Source: the human T2T-CHM13v2.0 reference genome, Homo sapiens. Taken from it: a DNA stretch of 64,000 nt. Every line of letters begins with the position of its first letter. The stretch's first letter is position 1. The stretch lies in assembly GCF_009914755.1 (NCBI RefSeq), contig NC_060942.1, one strand, 5' to 3'. Positions 27,331-40,987 of the stretch are shown piece after piece. The translations under genes were made by a program, and so were the position numbers. The notes beneath the pieces are model-generated. The model did no database searches. It worked only from the letters and a program-made list of their open reading frames with translations, and was not told the DNA's origin.

Positions 27331-29489
27331 GGACTGAATTTCCACAACTACCACCCACCTTTCTCGAGAGTCTCTCAATTGTAGCTGCTTTACATCCATA
27401 AAGCCACCCACATCATCCACTTGGATTTCAAATCACTTGAGTAAAACTGAGGGGGTAACATACTAGGGATCCTACTCACCTTAGACAGGAGAACACAGAA
27501 ATGCTTCTGGTCATGGTATTCAAGCTTTGTCCCATCAAACCATACTAACCAGGCCATCCTAAGTCTAAGGGATGGACAAGAACTTCTGCTGATGATTCAG
27601 CCAAAATATCTATGACATCTTACAAGAGGTTTCCATTTCTACACCAGAATTTAGACAGGAGGTGAACTGTGAGTTGATTTCCGGAAGAGTGGCTCTGAAT
27701 GGGGGGCGGGGTTGTTGGAGACATGCTGTCGAGAGGTGTCTGAGTCTGCAGAATTTGTGATGATAGCCGGTTCCTTGGATAGTACTCTTCCTCATCCTCT
27801 TCCAAATCTCATGGTCTATTACAGCTTAGGTGTCCAGAGATTCGTTTGTGCTGAATATTATTTGGAACATTGAATCAAGCATACATCTTTTTAATAGTTA
27901 GGGTTATCCCTCTCTCCGGGGATAATTTCACCTGGGACATTGAGGAAATGGAGCTTGGAGTATGTGCACTTCCTGTCATCAAAGAGAGGAGGAGAGGGCG
28001 AGCACATTCCGAGTGTGAGCAAGCGGAACCCCTCCTACAGATGTGCCTTTCACTCTCATTTCCTGCTCCAGACCAACCCTTCGGAGATTATTTTCAGGGA
28101 GATCTCCCTCTTCTTGTGAGGCCAGAGACTTTTCTAGTTATAAGGCTGGTGCATGTGACGTGTCTGGGCAAGCATACAGCAAAACCACAGAGAAACCAGG
28201 GATTAAAGAAATGAAACTGGGCAAACTAAAAAACGCCTTTTGCAGAACTTCTCTTAAGCTTGAGATAAACACCTCCACCTTCCCTCCTCCCTCTTCAAGT
28301 TCACAGTTTATTTTTCACTGTGTTCAGCTTGTGGCAGTAACCTCTACTAGAGAGAAGGGAAAATGAGTTGTCCTAATGAGGTGGCTTCCCTAAGCAGCAC
28401 AATCCTCTGAGTTCAGGACTGAAAGAAAGTGAGAAGAATCCCTCCTGGGATGAGATCTTAAAAGGCAAGGAAACAACGGCCTCAGTCATTTGAGGATGAG
28501 TGCATTTTCCCAGTGGGTGCATTGAGAACCATCTTCCTTCAGGCATACTCTGTGGACTTGTGATTTCGGCACTGGCCCAGTCTAAGTCACAAAGAGCAGA
28601 CAACTCTGTCCCCTTTTCCAGAAATATCAGACTTATGGGAAGATTTCTTCTGCAGATTCCTGTCTTCTTTCTCTTACCTGTAATGAATCATATCTGAATG
28701 ATGCTTCCACCGGCCAAGTTCCAAGTGCCATCTTTTCCTTCAAGGAAAAGGCCCATAAGTCCTCTCAAGCGATTCTCAGCCTTGGCATATGCAGTGGCTT
28801 CATTCAGATTCCAGCAAAAAGGAATTGGCAGGGCATGAATAAGGGCAGAAGGTAATTGAGGAGCCGGGGCTGGTTTTAAGGCAGTACAGAGCCCAGCTCC
28901 ACGAGCTGAGCTGGAAGGAATTTGCTGTCTGTGCCAGAGGTCATAAAGAGCTGCTGAGCTAGTTGAGCTTTCTAGTGCTCAGAAGCAAATCGATCAGATG
29001 AGCTGCAACTGTGGCTCTGCCACAGACCATGAGCTAATGCAGGCTGTACCCAGTGAGCCAGTGCCGCGGGCACTGGAGCCGGCAGTGGGAGAGGGTGAGC
29101 CGACATAGCTAATGCCTAACGCCAGGAGGGAGAGACAAAGGGGCCTCTTCTTTAACACTGTGAATAGCCCCAGAGTGAATACAGCCTTCGACAGCTGTGG
29201 TTTCATTCTCATCACCGCTGGGCGAGTTGGGGGTGCTAATTGTGAAGCTGGAGAGCTGTTAAAATCAGACCAGATTTGTTAAAGGAGAGGAGTAAGATGA
29301 TACTTCAGACCAGTATCTGCAGTGGCACAGGCACAAAAGCCCTATCTCAGGAGAAGGAATGAAAGGAAGGCAAAAAGGCCGTGAGAAAATGAAAGAAGCT
29401 GGTTGATTGACCCCTCCTCTGTGTCGCCTCAGCAACTTGTCCATATCATTGTTACAGCACTTACCACACAGTTGTAAGACGGTAAGGAA

Positions 29490-29745
29490 GATTTCTCATT
29501 TATTGAGCTTTTACTATATGCCAAGCACTGTTAAAGGAGTTTAACATACATCATTTCATTTAATCCAAATTCAGAGAGGTTAAGTGACTTTCCCAAAGAT
29601 GTGTGTACACACACACACACGCACGCATATATATGTGTATGTGCACATTTATGTGTGTGTGTGTGTGTTTGCATGAGCATAGCTATTGAGTTAGTCAGGT
29701 TCCAAATCTAGTTTTCCATGACTTCAGAACTAAACTCTCCCCCAT
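29490..29745 (-). mobile_element. MIR SINE interrupted by a CA/TG tract
   Basis: catttattgagcttttactatatgccaagcactg ... tcagagaggttaagtgactttcccaa. Confidence 0.75.
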
Positions 29746-30899
29746 TATTACCATTTAGCCTCTTATTTCCAAAGCAGGTACTTTATAATACTTTGTGGAT
29801 TAATAAGCTATAGTACTGATGGTCAAGAGAATAAGATTAATCAAAGTCATCCAGTTTGGAAATTAAAAAGAGGAACTTTCCTGGGAGTCAAAGAGAAGGA
29901 CACACATTGGACATATGGTCGCAGATTGAAGTTTTCCGTTTTCTCTCTCTGTAATAGCCCTGGCAGACAGCTAATAAGGAAAACATATTGCAGAAAGAAT
30001 CTTCTCTTCTCTCAGCTCATGTGATGCAGATTTCTGGTAGCAGCAGAGTTTGCTGAAAACAAATAATAATCTGACAATAGGTAAATTCTGCCCCTTTCAT
30101 CCCAGTGGAATAAATATGCCAAGGGATCCCCAAATTTATCCCTTTGAGGATGCACTGTATTTAAAGAAAGAATTGAGGAAGGCAGCAAGGAGAGAGTGAT
30201 TGTCATCCTCAGCAACTGTGAGTTCATGGGATGCCACTTCCCTCCCACCATGCTCAGCTTGTTCAATTGATGAAATGATTTCAGATTGTTTTACAAAGGC
30301 AGATGATCATTCATGCCAATTATATAAGGATAGAGGGATCACTGTTACATTTTTATTATAAAACTTCCAACAAGAAAATATTCAAGCTAGCCTATGGAAA
30401 AGAATTCATCTTTGAACACAAACAATGGGCAAAACTATTCCTGACAATAGAAAACTCCAGGCCTCTACATTCCTTTTGCCTCTCTGTTTTGTTCAATTTA
30501 AATCAAGATAAAAAGATGGAAAGCACAACTCCTTAGGGTGGTATGAAATCCACAGAGGCTTTTAACAAAGCTGTCTAACAACAAGTCAGTTCAGATATTC
30601 CAGCCTTTTTGGTATTCCTCACCAAAGAAAGAGCACAAGCAGCTGTTTTTGCTCAATTCTGTGGGATCTGCATGCCAACGCTTCTGCTGAGAAATGAACA
30701 GCGTTCATAGGAACACTTCTCCTTGCCTCTTCTCTCTTCTGTGGGCCTTTTCTTCTTTGAACCAGTGAGCTGCAAGCACTTGCATAGTGTTTAACAAGTC
30801 ATTTAAAAATAATTCGGAAATATCAAAGTTTGTGTATCATTTACTCGCAAAAAGTGAATTTTAACATTTCAAAAGTTACCTTTTAAAAAATTGCTCTCC

Positions 30900-31797
30900 C
30901 TCATAAAATTAAACTGAGTTATCATATGACCCAGAATTCTACTTGTAGGTACATATCGGAGAGAATTGAAAACATATGTTCACATAACAACTTGTATACA
31001 AATACTCACAGCATTATTCATAATAGCCACAAAGTAGAAGCAAACCAAATGTCCAACAATGGGTGAATGGATAAACAAATTGTGATATAACCAGGCAATG
31101 GACTATTATTCTGTAATTTAAAAAACGAAGCACTGATTCAAGCTACAACATGGATGAACGTCGAAAACATTATGCCAAGTAAAAGAAGTGAGACACAAAA
31201 GGTGATATTTTGTATGATTCCATTTAAATGAAATATCTGGAATAGATAAATCTATAGAGATAAAAAGTAGATTACTGGTTGCCTAGGGCTGGATGGGATG
31301 GGGCTATGGGGAGTGACTGCTAATAGGTACAGGACTTCTTTTTAGGGTAATACAAATATCCTGGCATTTGGTAGTGATAATAGTTGCACAACCTTGTGAG
31401 TATATTAAAAACTGCTGAACTGTATGCTTCATTAAAATTTTTTTTATTTTTTTGAGACTGAGTCTCATTCTGTCACTCAGGCTGGGGTGCAGTGGTGCAA
31501 TCTTGGCTCACTGCAACCTCTGCCTCCTGGGTTCAAATAATTCTCATGCCTCAGCCTCCCGAGTAGCTGGGACTACAGGCGTGTGCCACTACATCTGGCT
31601 AGTTTTTGTATTTTTAGTAGAGCTGAGGTTTCGCCATGTTACCCAGGCTGATCTTGAACTCCTGACCTTAAGTGATCTTCCTGCCTCAGCCTCCCAAAGT
31701 GCTGAGTTTACAGGCATGAGCCAACACACCTGGCCTGAACTGTACACTGTAAAAGGGTAAATTTTATGGTATGTGAGTAATATCTTAATTTTTTTAA
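30900..31797 (+). mobile_element. L1MB 3' end (interrupted by an Alu)
   Basis: catatgacccag..., acaacatggatgaac..., ggttgcctagggctgg, gggtaaattttatggtatgtga. Confidence 0.88.
31438..31735 (-). mobile_element. AluS (Sz/Sx-like)
   Basis: Antisense dimer; TSD begins tgaactgta (31416 / 31736). Confidence 0.93.
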
Positions 31798-31975
31798 GTG
31801 AAGGGGAGGGGAAAGAAAAAATATTCTAGAATAATAGTAATATAATAAAATGTATTTAATAATAAAATGTTAAATAAAATATTATAGAAATTTCCATGTA
31901 CCTTACAATTTATGAACCGCAGAGAAGTGTAGCCCATGACCAAATATCTTGTATAATCGACCCTCGTCATTCAAT

Positions 31976-32190
31976 GAGGCAGCATAGCATTGAGATGTTG
32001 AGGTTAAGAATATAATCCCTGAAGCCAGGCTGCCCGGGTTCAAACTCTGAACTTACACCTGCTAGCTGTGTGAGCAAGTTATTTAACTTCCCTGGAGGTC
32101 TGCTTCCTTATCTGCAAAATGGAGATTCTAATAGCTGCATCATAGAGGTGCGTTTGATGATTAAGTGAGCTAATATGTGAATAGTGGAAT
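31976..32190 (+). mobile_element. MIR SINE
   Basis: gaagccaggctgcccgggttcaaa...ctagctgtgtga gcaagttatttaac...tctgcaaaatggaga. Confidence 0.8.
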
Positions 32191-33258
32191 AGTGCAGTTT
32201 TTTTCTATCATCGTCATCATCATCATATCATTATCATCTTGAGCAGCACAGTGTAAACAATGTGGTGACCTATTTTCTATATTGCATCCAACCTAAATTA
32301 TACAATTAGCATTTATGTTTAGTCACATATCACTTTATGATTTATATTTAATTTTATGTATGAACCACATCTCTCTAGCATGGTTGTAAGTTATTTGAAA
32401 GCAGGAGCCCACATCCATTCTTTCCACTTGTTCTCCATTCCCCAGCATTCGGCCCTGCAGTGGCCCCATACTCAGCTCCTCAGATGCACCAGCTCACTTT
32501 TCCCCAGGGTCTGGGTTAGTGGTTAGTTGGTCCCAAGACTACTATTATGGTATGATGTGTACTTCCACCACTGACCACCAAAAGACTGCCAAGCTGACTG
32601 TGCAGCAGGTTACAGGAATTTGTACTGCTCTAAGAACCATGGCTAGCGAGTACACTTTAAGTTCCGACCACACGGTGCTAAAGCTGGAGTTTGTATATTG
32701 TTCTGGGTCCAAAGAACTATTTGCTGGTGGTGCCTAGGGACTGTGATTTATGAAGCTGGCTAAATTAGTTATTATTTTGGTGCTGAGAGTCCTTCATTGT
32801 CACCAAATTCCAGGATTGGAAACAGCAATGTGACATGGAAAATCACAACCACTCTATTAAGGCAAAAATCTTTATATGAGCAGCTCTGATGCAAGAACAA
32901 GAAACACACATGTCTGCACTCAGGGCATTCCCTAACTGGCTGATCTGCAGCGGTTAACCTGCAAGACGGCTGCCTCTACTTCCCTCTCTTGGCCAACATA
33001 GGCTTTAAAACCCGAGGGTCTGGAATGGTGATTGTTTCCTAAACAACAAACCCAGGGGTTTAGATTGCATTCCAAGAGAGGGAATCTCTGTTTTCTTCCT
33101 TACCGTGTTATTTTATTATTACTACTGTTGAAGTCATTTCAGCTACTGTTTCCTGTTTGTTGTAATAAATCAGGTTTGGGCGCTTGGAAAAATAACATGA
33201 CCAGGAATCTAGTGACAGCTCTCCAGCACCTTGGGAAGACCATAAGGCTGATTGTTAG

Positions 33259-33610
<352 letters not shown>

Positions 33611-35399
33611 TGGCCCTACTTTCTATTCCCAAAATGGATTCCCTTTCTACTCCAAAAATGGCCCTACATGGGCCCACTCCAAGAGCAGGAGGCTGTTGAG
33701 AAAGTTTTATTGAGAGCTAAAGCCCAACATTGCAAGGTGCACTTGTTTAGAATTCTTTCCCCCAAATTATTCTGGGCTGATTTGGAGATTCTCTTGCTTC
33801 CCTCTGTGTCCTAGACTCTTCTGACTATAGGACAAAAGCCACAGTGCAGGGTGTGTGGCTGAGATGTGCATGATTGTGGAGGGCACTGATTTGAGAATGC
33901 TATGCCAATGAGGGGATAGTCTCAGGGTGTGTCCTGTGATCCTGAATGGAAGCCTCAGTAAGAGACAATGAAGGGATTCATCTCTCTACTGCCACATACA
34001 ATGGTGCTTTTCAGCTTTGTGGCCTTAATTAGCAGTAGCTAATTAATGCTCAAACACCTTGGTGGGGATTGGGAGAGAGGAAACTGAACTAGAGAACAAA
34101 GTGGTTGTCTAAAGCCCCTAAGGGAGTAGGGAGGGGATTATGTCCCAAGGTTTCTGGCTTCCTGCTGCTCCCTGTGAGACAGTGTCCCTAATTCCTGCAT
34201 GGTGGCTTTGGTACAAGTCCTACTGTCTTATTCAAGTCCCTGTAATAAAGTTGTGTTCTGGAGGGGAAAAGCATGGCTTTTATATTTCTCTCTGTTTGCT
34301 CTCATGTCAAGCCAGGAGCACTGGAGCAGCCATACTACTCAGGAAATCCTTCTTTTGCTCAGCAACTGAGAACACATTTGGTATGCTTGCCTTTTCTCCT
34401 TGTTTATTTTCAGGGTAGTGATAAAAGCACGGAAAAAAAACATGAGGGAAAATCAGTAAATTTCAGTACTATTTCAATACATCTGCAAAGGGCAAACTGT
34501 TTAGAATTTCTCTTGCCCCGTCTGAAGTTGGAAACTCTCACCACAGCGGGAAACACAACTATTTTGACTTGGCAAACCAAACCAGACAGCATGCACCTGC
34601 AACTATGCGTCCCTGACGCGAGTAGCTGTGGCCAGAGGGTCAGTCTGTTCTCAGTTTTTCATCCAGAAACCACATTCTGCAAATGGAGAGAAAACCACTG
34701 TTGGATTAAAGGAAATCCTTGCCATAGAGACTAAGCACACAACTTTAATTAACTCATCATTTTCTAATTAGCATCCCCAGAGCCCTGTGCCTGGGCAGCT
34801 TATGTTGCAGAATGTGCCATCAAGCTTTTCCAAACAGCTTTATAAAATAAAGTTTTGTTTTCACAAACATTTCTTTTAAAAAGTTTGGAAAATGGAGGAA
34901 AACATTTGAGAAAAGGGTAAACCACCCAAAAGTCATTCATATAAAATCACTTAATGATTTTGGTCTATTTGTTTAGAGTCATTGTATGTATTTTAACTCA
35001 ACATAGTTGAGACTATATCATATAGAGAAGGGCCTTTCTCTATTTTTTCATTTAATATCTTGTGCAGGCATTCATTTTAGTACAAAATTGTTATCAGTAA
35101 TAACAATTACTGATATATCAGCATATTGTACTTAGTAGAAGTACTGTAACATTTAACCATTGTTGCTACTTACATTCAAAGTGAACTTTAGAATTAAGTT
35201 TCTAGAATTCCTTATAACATTTTAACTTAGAAATTTCATTCAACTTAGGAACTTAACGTTAACCAGTTAATTTCACCACTAAAAAACACACAGACTGTCA
35301 CATCACAGATTCATTTTTTTTCTATTAACATTATCACCTTGTCTTGCTTATTGTTTTTAAGTGCATAGATACGTGACTTTATTCTCATTTTTAAAAAAT

Positions 35400-36235
35400 G
35401 GCTTAAGAAAGAAAAACACTATTTATGCCAGTAAATTCTCCTCTGGCAGACATTTAGGTCAATTTAAAATTTTTACTATGATAAAAAATGGTACCAAAAA
35501 TTTGTGAAGATACCTTTACACTTATTTGCAAGTATTTCTCCAAGATAAGCTCATGGAATGTGGATGAAAGGGTATCCATAATTTCAATTTTGATAGTTCC
35601 TGCCAAGTTGTCCTTAAGTAAGACTGCACCAGTTTACACTTCTATTAACAGTGAATGATAAATTTCTGTTTTCTCACACTGGATGCTATGAAAATTTAAA
35701 ATATTTGCCAGTCTGGTGAAAAGTACAATTTCAATGCTGTTTTAATTTGTATTTCCCTAATTACAGTGAAGTGGAACATATTTTCCAATGTTTGTGACCA
35801 TGTGTATTTCTTCTTTGAATTGCCTCTTCGTACTCATTTCTTAATTTTAAGTTGAGCCTACTTTACTTTATATCTTTATATATTGTATATATTAAGCCTT
35901 TGTCTGCTATATGCTGTGCAAATGTTTTCTCTCAAGCTCTTCCTTCTCTTTTAACATTGTTTTACCATCTTGCCTTGTTAAGAGGTTATTCACTTTTATG
36001 TGGTACTATCATAGTTTTCATTTTTATCTTCTGATTTTCCTCTAATTTTCTATTCTGTAACAATATAGATTAACAACGTTTAAACTTTTAATCTATGTAG
36101 AATTTAACTTTTCTGTATGGTGGAGGGAAACATCTTAAGTTTTTTTTTTTTCTATAGAGTATCCTGTTGTCCCAGTTCTAATAAATGAATTGTCTATTAC
36201 TGTCTAGAAATGTCTTCATGGCCATATCCTAGAAC

Positions 36236-36269
<34 letters not shown>

Positions 36270-37030
36270 CACATATATACATATTCTTAAACTTTATTTT
36301 GTCCAAGATCTAATGTAACATTGTATTTATTACTGTTTATATAATGCTCTGATAACTGGTAGGGAAAATCTATTTTAACTATTATTTTTCAAAAATTTCA
36401 CAGCCAATCTTTTGTTTTTTCTCTTTCAAATGAACAGTATAATTGGCTCATAGAGCTCCTTTAAAAATATTTCTTTTGAGATTTGGATTGGGGTGTTCCG
36501 TATTTTATGTTATTTTTGGGGAAATTGACCTCTTTATAATATTGTCTTTCCATCAAGGCACATAGTGTGTCTTTTCACTAGTCAGGTCATCTTCAAGTTC
36601 CCACAATAAAGTTTTATATTTCTCTTCATACAGGTCTTGCATACTTCTCATTAGATTTATTTCTAGGTATGTTAAAGTTCTATAGTGATAATGAATTACA
36701 TCTTGTTTTTTCATGTCTTTTAAAAATTGCATATTGTTTGTGCATTGACACTGTGACATGGACCTTGCATTGGATTTGGAGAGAGACATCTAATAATTTT
36801 TCAGTTGATTCTTTCAAAATTTTGATAGATCATCATACACTTGAATGTAACGTTAAATTAGTTCCTTTAATTGCTTTCTCATTCTTTTTATTTTCTTATT
36901 GCATTTGCTAGTTTGCTAGCATAATGTCAATTTATAATAGTAATAGCAGGCAACTTTGCTTTTATTGATACTTCAAGGAAGATTATAAACAAATACGATG
37001 ATAATGCTTGCTTTAGATTTCTGGTAATTA
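35400..37030 (-). mobile_element. L1ME fragments
   Basis: Antisense L1 3'/ORF2 motifs (gctgttttaatttgtatttccctaatta, ttagatttatttctaggtat). Confidence 0.7.
36237..36270. repeat. (TG)n microsatellite
   Basis: Seen directly. Confidence 0.95.
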
Positions 37031-37032
37031 TA

Positions 37033-37520
37033 TGTATTAGGATATAGATGTAATTGCTATAATAGAAAAATCCCAAATAATAGTGTTTCACATTAACAGC
37101 CTGGGAGTAAGCAGTGCTGGGTGGTCTAGTAGCTTACCTATGCCATTATCAGGGTCTCAGTATCTTTCTATCTTGCTGCTGTGTTCTAGAAAATACAGAG
37201 CTTCTATTTCATGACCTCATAGGGCCATTCCAGCTACCACCATCATTTCTGTGTTTCAGACATCAGGAAGAAAGAAATACAAAAGGAGGGTACAGTCCTT
37301 CTTTTTAAGGGCACAGCCCAGAATTTGCACTCATCACTTTTACTCACATCCTATTGAACAGAACCTAATTTCATGGGAACACTTCTGTGCAAGGGAGGCT
37401 AGGAAATGTGATTTTCTGTTGAGCAACAAATGTGATTTTTAGTCTTATGTTTGGCTAAAAATCTTCCCACCATGGAAGGGAGGGAGAATAGACACTGGGG
37501 AAATTAACAATTGTTATCAC
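37033..37520 (-). mobile_element. MLT1J-like MaLR LTR
   Basis: tgtattagg..., ctcacatcctattgaacagaacc, tgcaagggaggctaggaaatgtg, ends ...tcaca. Confidence 0.7.
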
Positions 37521-38049
37521 ATTATATTTATTCATTTTAGGGAATCTTTCTTCTATTCCTCAGACAGTGAGAGCTTTTACTGGAAATTTATCAAATACAT
37601 TTTTTAGTATTTACTAAGATTATCATAATTTTCCCTCTCAAAATCTGTCAATATTGACTTATAGGTGGAGAAATCATAATTAAAACATTTAGTTTGGGAT
37701 AAAATACTATTAGAAGATGACTTTTATATATCATTCTTTCAAAGACATGTCATATTTGACATTCATTCTTTTATTTCTTTTCTTTCTTTTTAAAATTCAA
37801 GCTATTTTTCTATCCAGGCATCTACTTAAAGGTAAATTATTGTCCATTTATTATCAGTTATTTAAAGTTTGGTAGAACAAAATCCTAAAACTGCTTAGGC
37901 TGATATCCTTTTCAAGGAGAGAACTTTGTCAAATTTTTTCATTATTTCCCCTCTCTGTTTAATGGATTATTTAGTGTTTTCACCTCATTTTAGTTAATTA
38001 GATAATTGATATTTTCTATTTTCTTATAGTCAAATAGGCCAATGTTTTC

Positions 38050-38900
38050 CATAATTTTCTGACTTTATTATCTTATTTTGAAAGCGCAACCCTTGCTTAA
38101 GTAGTCAACAATGCATGTGTGTATGAGCATTCACTTTTAACACTTTAATTCTTCTGAGATTTATTTTGGTGCATGAGTAACCTAGAAATTTTAATTTTCT
38201 TCTAAATGGCTACCTAACTGTGACAATGGCATACATTGATTAATCCATCATTTGCAACTGAATTCAAATTCCTAATTTAATTTATGTTAATTTCTTATAT
38301 CTCTACATTAGTTTATTTCAAAAAGACTATTTGATCTGTTTCATTGATCTATTCTAGGATGAAAGTTACATATTAAATACTCTTAAATCTTATAGTTTTA
38401 TAATTTACTTTATAATCTGACAGGGCAAATCCTTTAAAAACTTCTTGGCTCTAACAAGTTTATTTTTCTAGATTAACTTTAGGATAAGTTGGCCAATTAA
38501 AATATTCTAAGAGGTTTTGATTAGAACTGCATAAAAATCAAACATTAAATTTGTGGAAAAACAGACATTTTTATAATATTGAATGCTCCAACCCAGGAAT
38601 ATGGGTTCCTGGATTGAATCTCACCATCTCTTTAGGCCTGTGCTATGTACCTCAATAAAGTATTACAATTTTTCTCATAGAGGGCCTGCGTTTTTTGGTT
38701 AATTTAATTTCTAGGTTACATATATGTATGTCTAAAGTAAATGGAATACTTTTTCATTATATTTAATTGGGATATTTAGTATTTCTTACATTAAAGCCAT
38801 CAATATTTGTATATTTTGGGACCAGCCACCTTACTAAGAGGCCTTAGTAGTTTTTCTAGTTTTCTTCTTGAGATTTCCAAGCGGGCAGCAGCATTTTTCT
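38050..38900 (-). mobile_element. Old L1M fragments
   Basis: tgatctgtttcattgatcta, tttataatattgaatgctccaacccaggaatatgg, ccagccaccttactaa. Confidence 0.6.
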
Positions 38901-39020
38901 TGTGATGTATTATATTAGATTTTCATTCTTCCTTTCCTTGAATAAGCCAGGTTCTTTAGTTTACAATTATGATTATTTAAAGCAAAACAGAGTTCATTTA
39001 CAGCATCAAAGACTAGAGAT

Positions 39021-39185
39021 AGGCCAGGACCATGATGAGTCAAGTGAAGCAGTTTCCTCAGATGCCAAATTTAAGGGATGTCAAAAAGCTCACTAATCAA
39101 GATAAATAATGTTTTAATGCAATAGTTTGTGTTTTAAATGAATGTGAAAAAAATCCATGATGAAGCAAATACCAAAAATTTAAAT
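39021..39185 (+). mobile_element. MER96B-like hAT DNA transposon fragment
   Basis: ggccaggacc...caaatttaaggg...ctcactaatcaagataaataatgttttaatgcaata...aaaaatccatgatgaa. Confidence 0.6.
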
Positions 39186-40632
39186 ATGGGTAAGTTTAGC
39201 TAGGAGAACTGGGCTCAGAAAAGCCAGGAGCCAGCAGATGTGGAGATGTCAGTAGCAGCTCTCAGTGACAACTGTACTTATACATGCTGCCCATGGGATG
39301 AATCAGCTTTGAGAATGAGAGTGATTGGCATCCTTGGCTAAGGAGAGGGCAGGATTCTTTGATTAACTGTCCCAGACTCCACATGTTAGGGGAAGGTGAT
39401 TTTCCAAAAGGAAACAGGCTCACAGTTGTCAAAAACAATGATTGTCTACCATGTTGCAGTCCCACGATGCATTTTCTACATTGACCCCATCTCCAGCTCC
39501 AACTGCTGTCCTCCACATGTTAGGGCCACACCTCTGAAGAGGCCACATGCCAATGTGCCAACTCTCCTTTGCTTCCTGCTATACTTTTTACTCAAAGCTG
39601 CAACCTTCATATGGAGACAGCATAAAAGATATTGATGAAGAAACTCTGGTGGCTTCAAAGAGCACTCTCTGTTGAAAAGGAAATGGCAGTCAAAGCCCTG
39701 TTTTGAAAAAACACTAGGTGTCCGTACTTGGGAGGGGACCTCATGGAAAGGCTGGAAACTCTTTCTGAAGAGATTGTTCTGCCTCAAGAGAAGTATGTTT
39801 TGGCCACTGATTGTTTCTCAGGCAAATTTAATAGGCTGCATTAGACTGATGAGAATGCTTCCCAAAAGAATTAACTACTCAAACTTAACTTATATATCTT
39901 CACAGGCATTTAATGAAAATTTAAATGAATTATATTTGATACAATTATTGATAAGATAGGTTTTACATCTACTATTTAAAATTTGTTTTCTATGTCTTTT
40001 ATGTCTTTTTTGTTCATCTATTCTTTCATTACTGCCTTCTTTTGTGTTAAATAGATATTTTCTGATATACCCTATTATCTTATTTCTTTTGCTCTATATT
40101 TTAAATTTACTTTCTTACTGGTTGTCCTGAGGCCTACCATTAACATTTTAACTTAAGACAATTAGTTTGAATTAATACTTAATTTCAATTGTATACAAAA
40201 GTTTGCTCAGGACTCAGGACTCAGCTGTGAATCTCATTAGGGATCCCTTGTCCCTGATGAGATGCTTTTCTCTTGCTTCTTTCATTCTCTTTGTCTTTGG
40301 ACAGTTTGACTGTGGGTTGGTTGCCTAGATATAAATCTCTTTAGATGTATCCTACTTAAAGTTCATTCAGTTTTTCCTCGGTTTTGCCTGTCATGTAGAA
40401 CCCTGCCCTGACTCTCCCTCACTCACTAATACTGCCTAGAGGCAGATTTCCCTCCTATGACTTCAGCAATGCTTTGCTTCTGAGAAATGCATTCTTTGGC
40501 AATTTTACTGTTGTATGATCATAGATTGTATTCCAAACCTAGATGGTGTAGCCTACCACACACTTGGGATATATGGTATAGCCTACTATTTCTAGGCTAG
40601 AGATCCATATAGCCTGTTACTGTATTGAATAC

Positions 40633-40987
40633 TACATTAGTCCATTTTCATGCTGCTGATAAAGACATGCCTGAGACTGGGTAATTTAGAAAGGAAACAG
40701 GTTTAATTGACTCACAATTCCACGTGGCTGGGGAGGCCTCACAATCATGGCAGGAGGCAAGGAGGAGCAAAGTAATGTCTTTCATGGATGGTGGAAGGCA
40801 AAGAGAGAGTTTGTGTAGAGGAACTCTCCCTTATAAAACCATCAGATCTCATAAGACTTATTCACTACCATGAGAACAGCACGGGAAAGACCTGCCCCCA
40901 TGATTGAATTAACTCCCACCCCGTCCCTCCCACAGCATGTGGGAATTCAAGATGAGAATTGGGTGGGGACACAGCCAAACCATATCG
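40633..40987 (-). mobile_element. THE1 (B/C-like) solo LTR
   Basis: Termini tacattagtcc... / ...acacagccaaaccatatcg with 5-bp TSD aatac (40628-40632 / 40988-40992). Confidence 0.93.
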
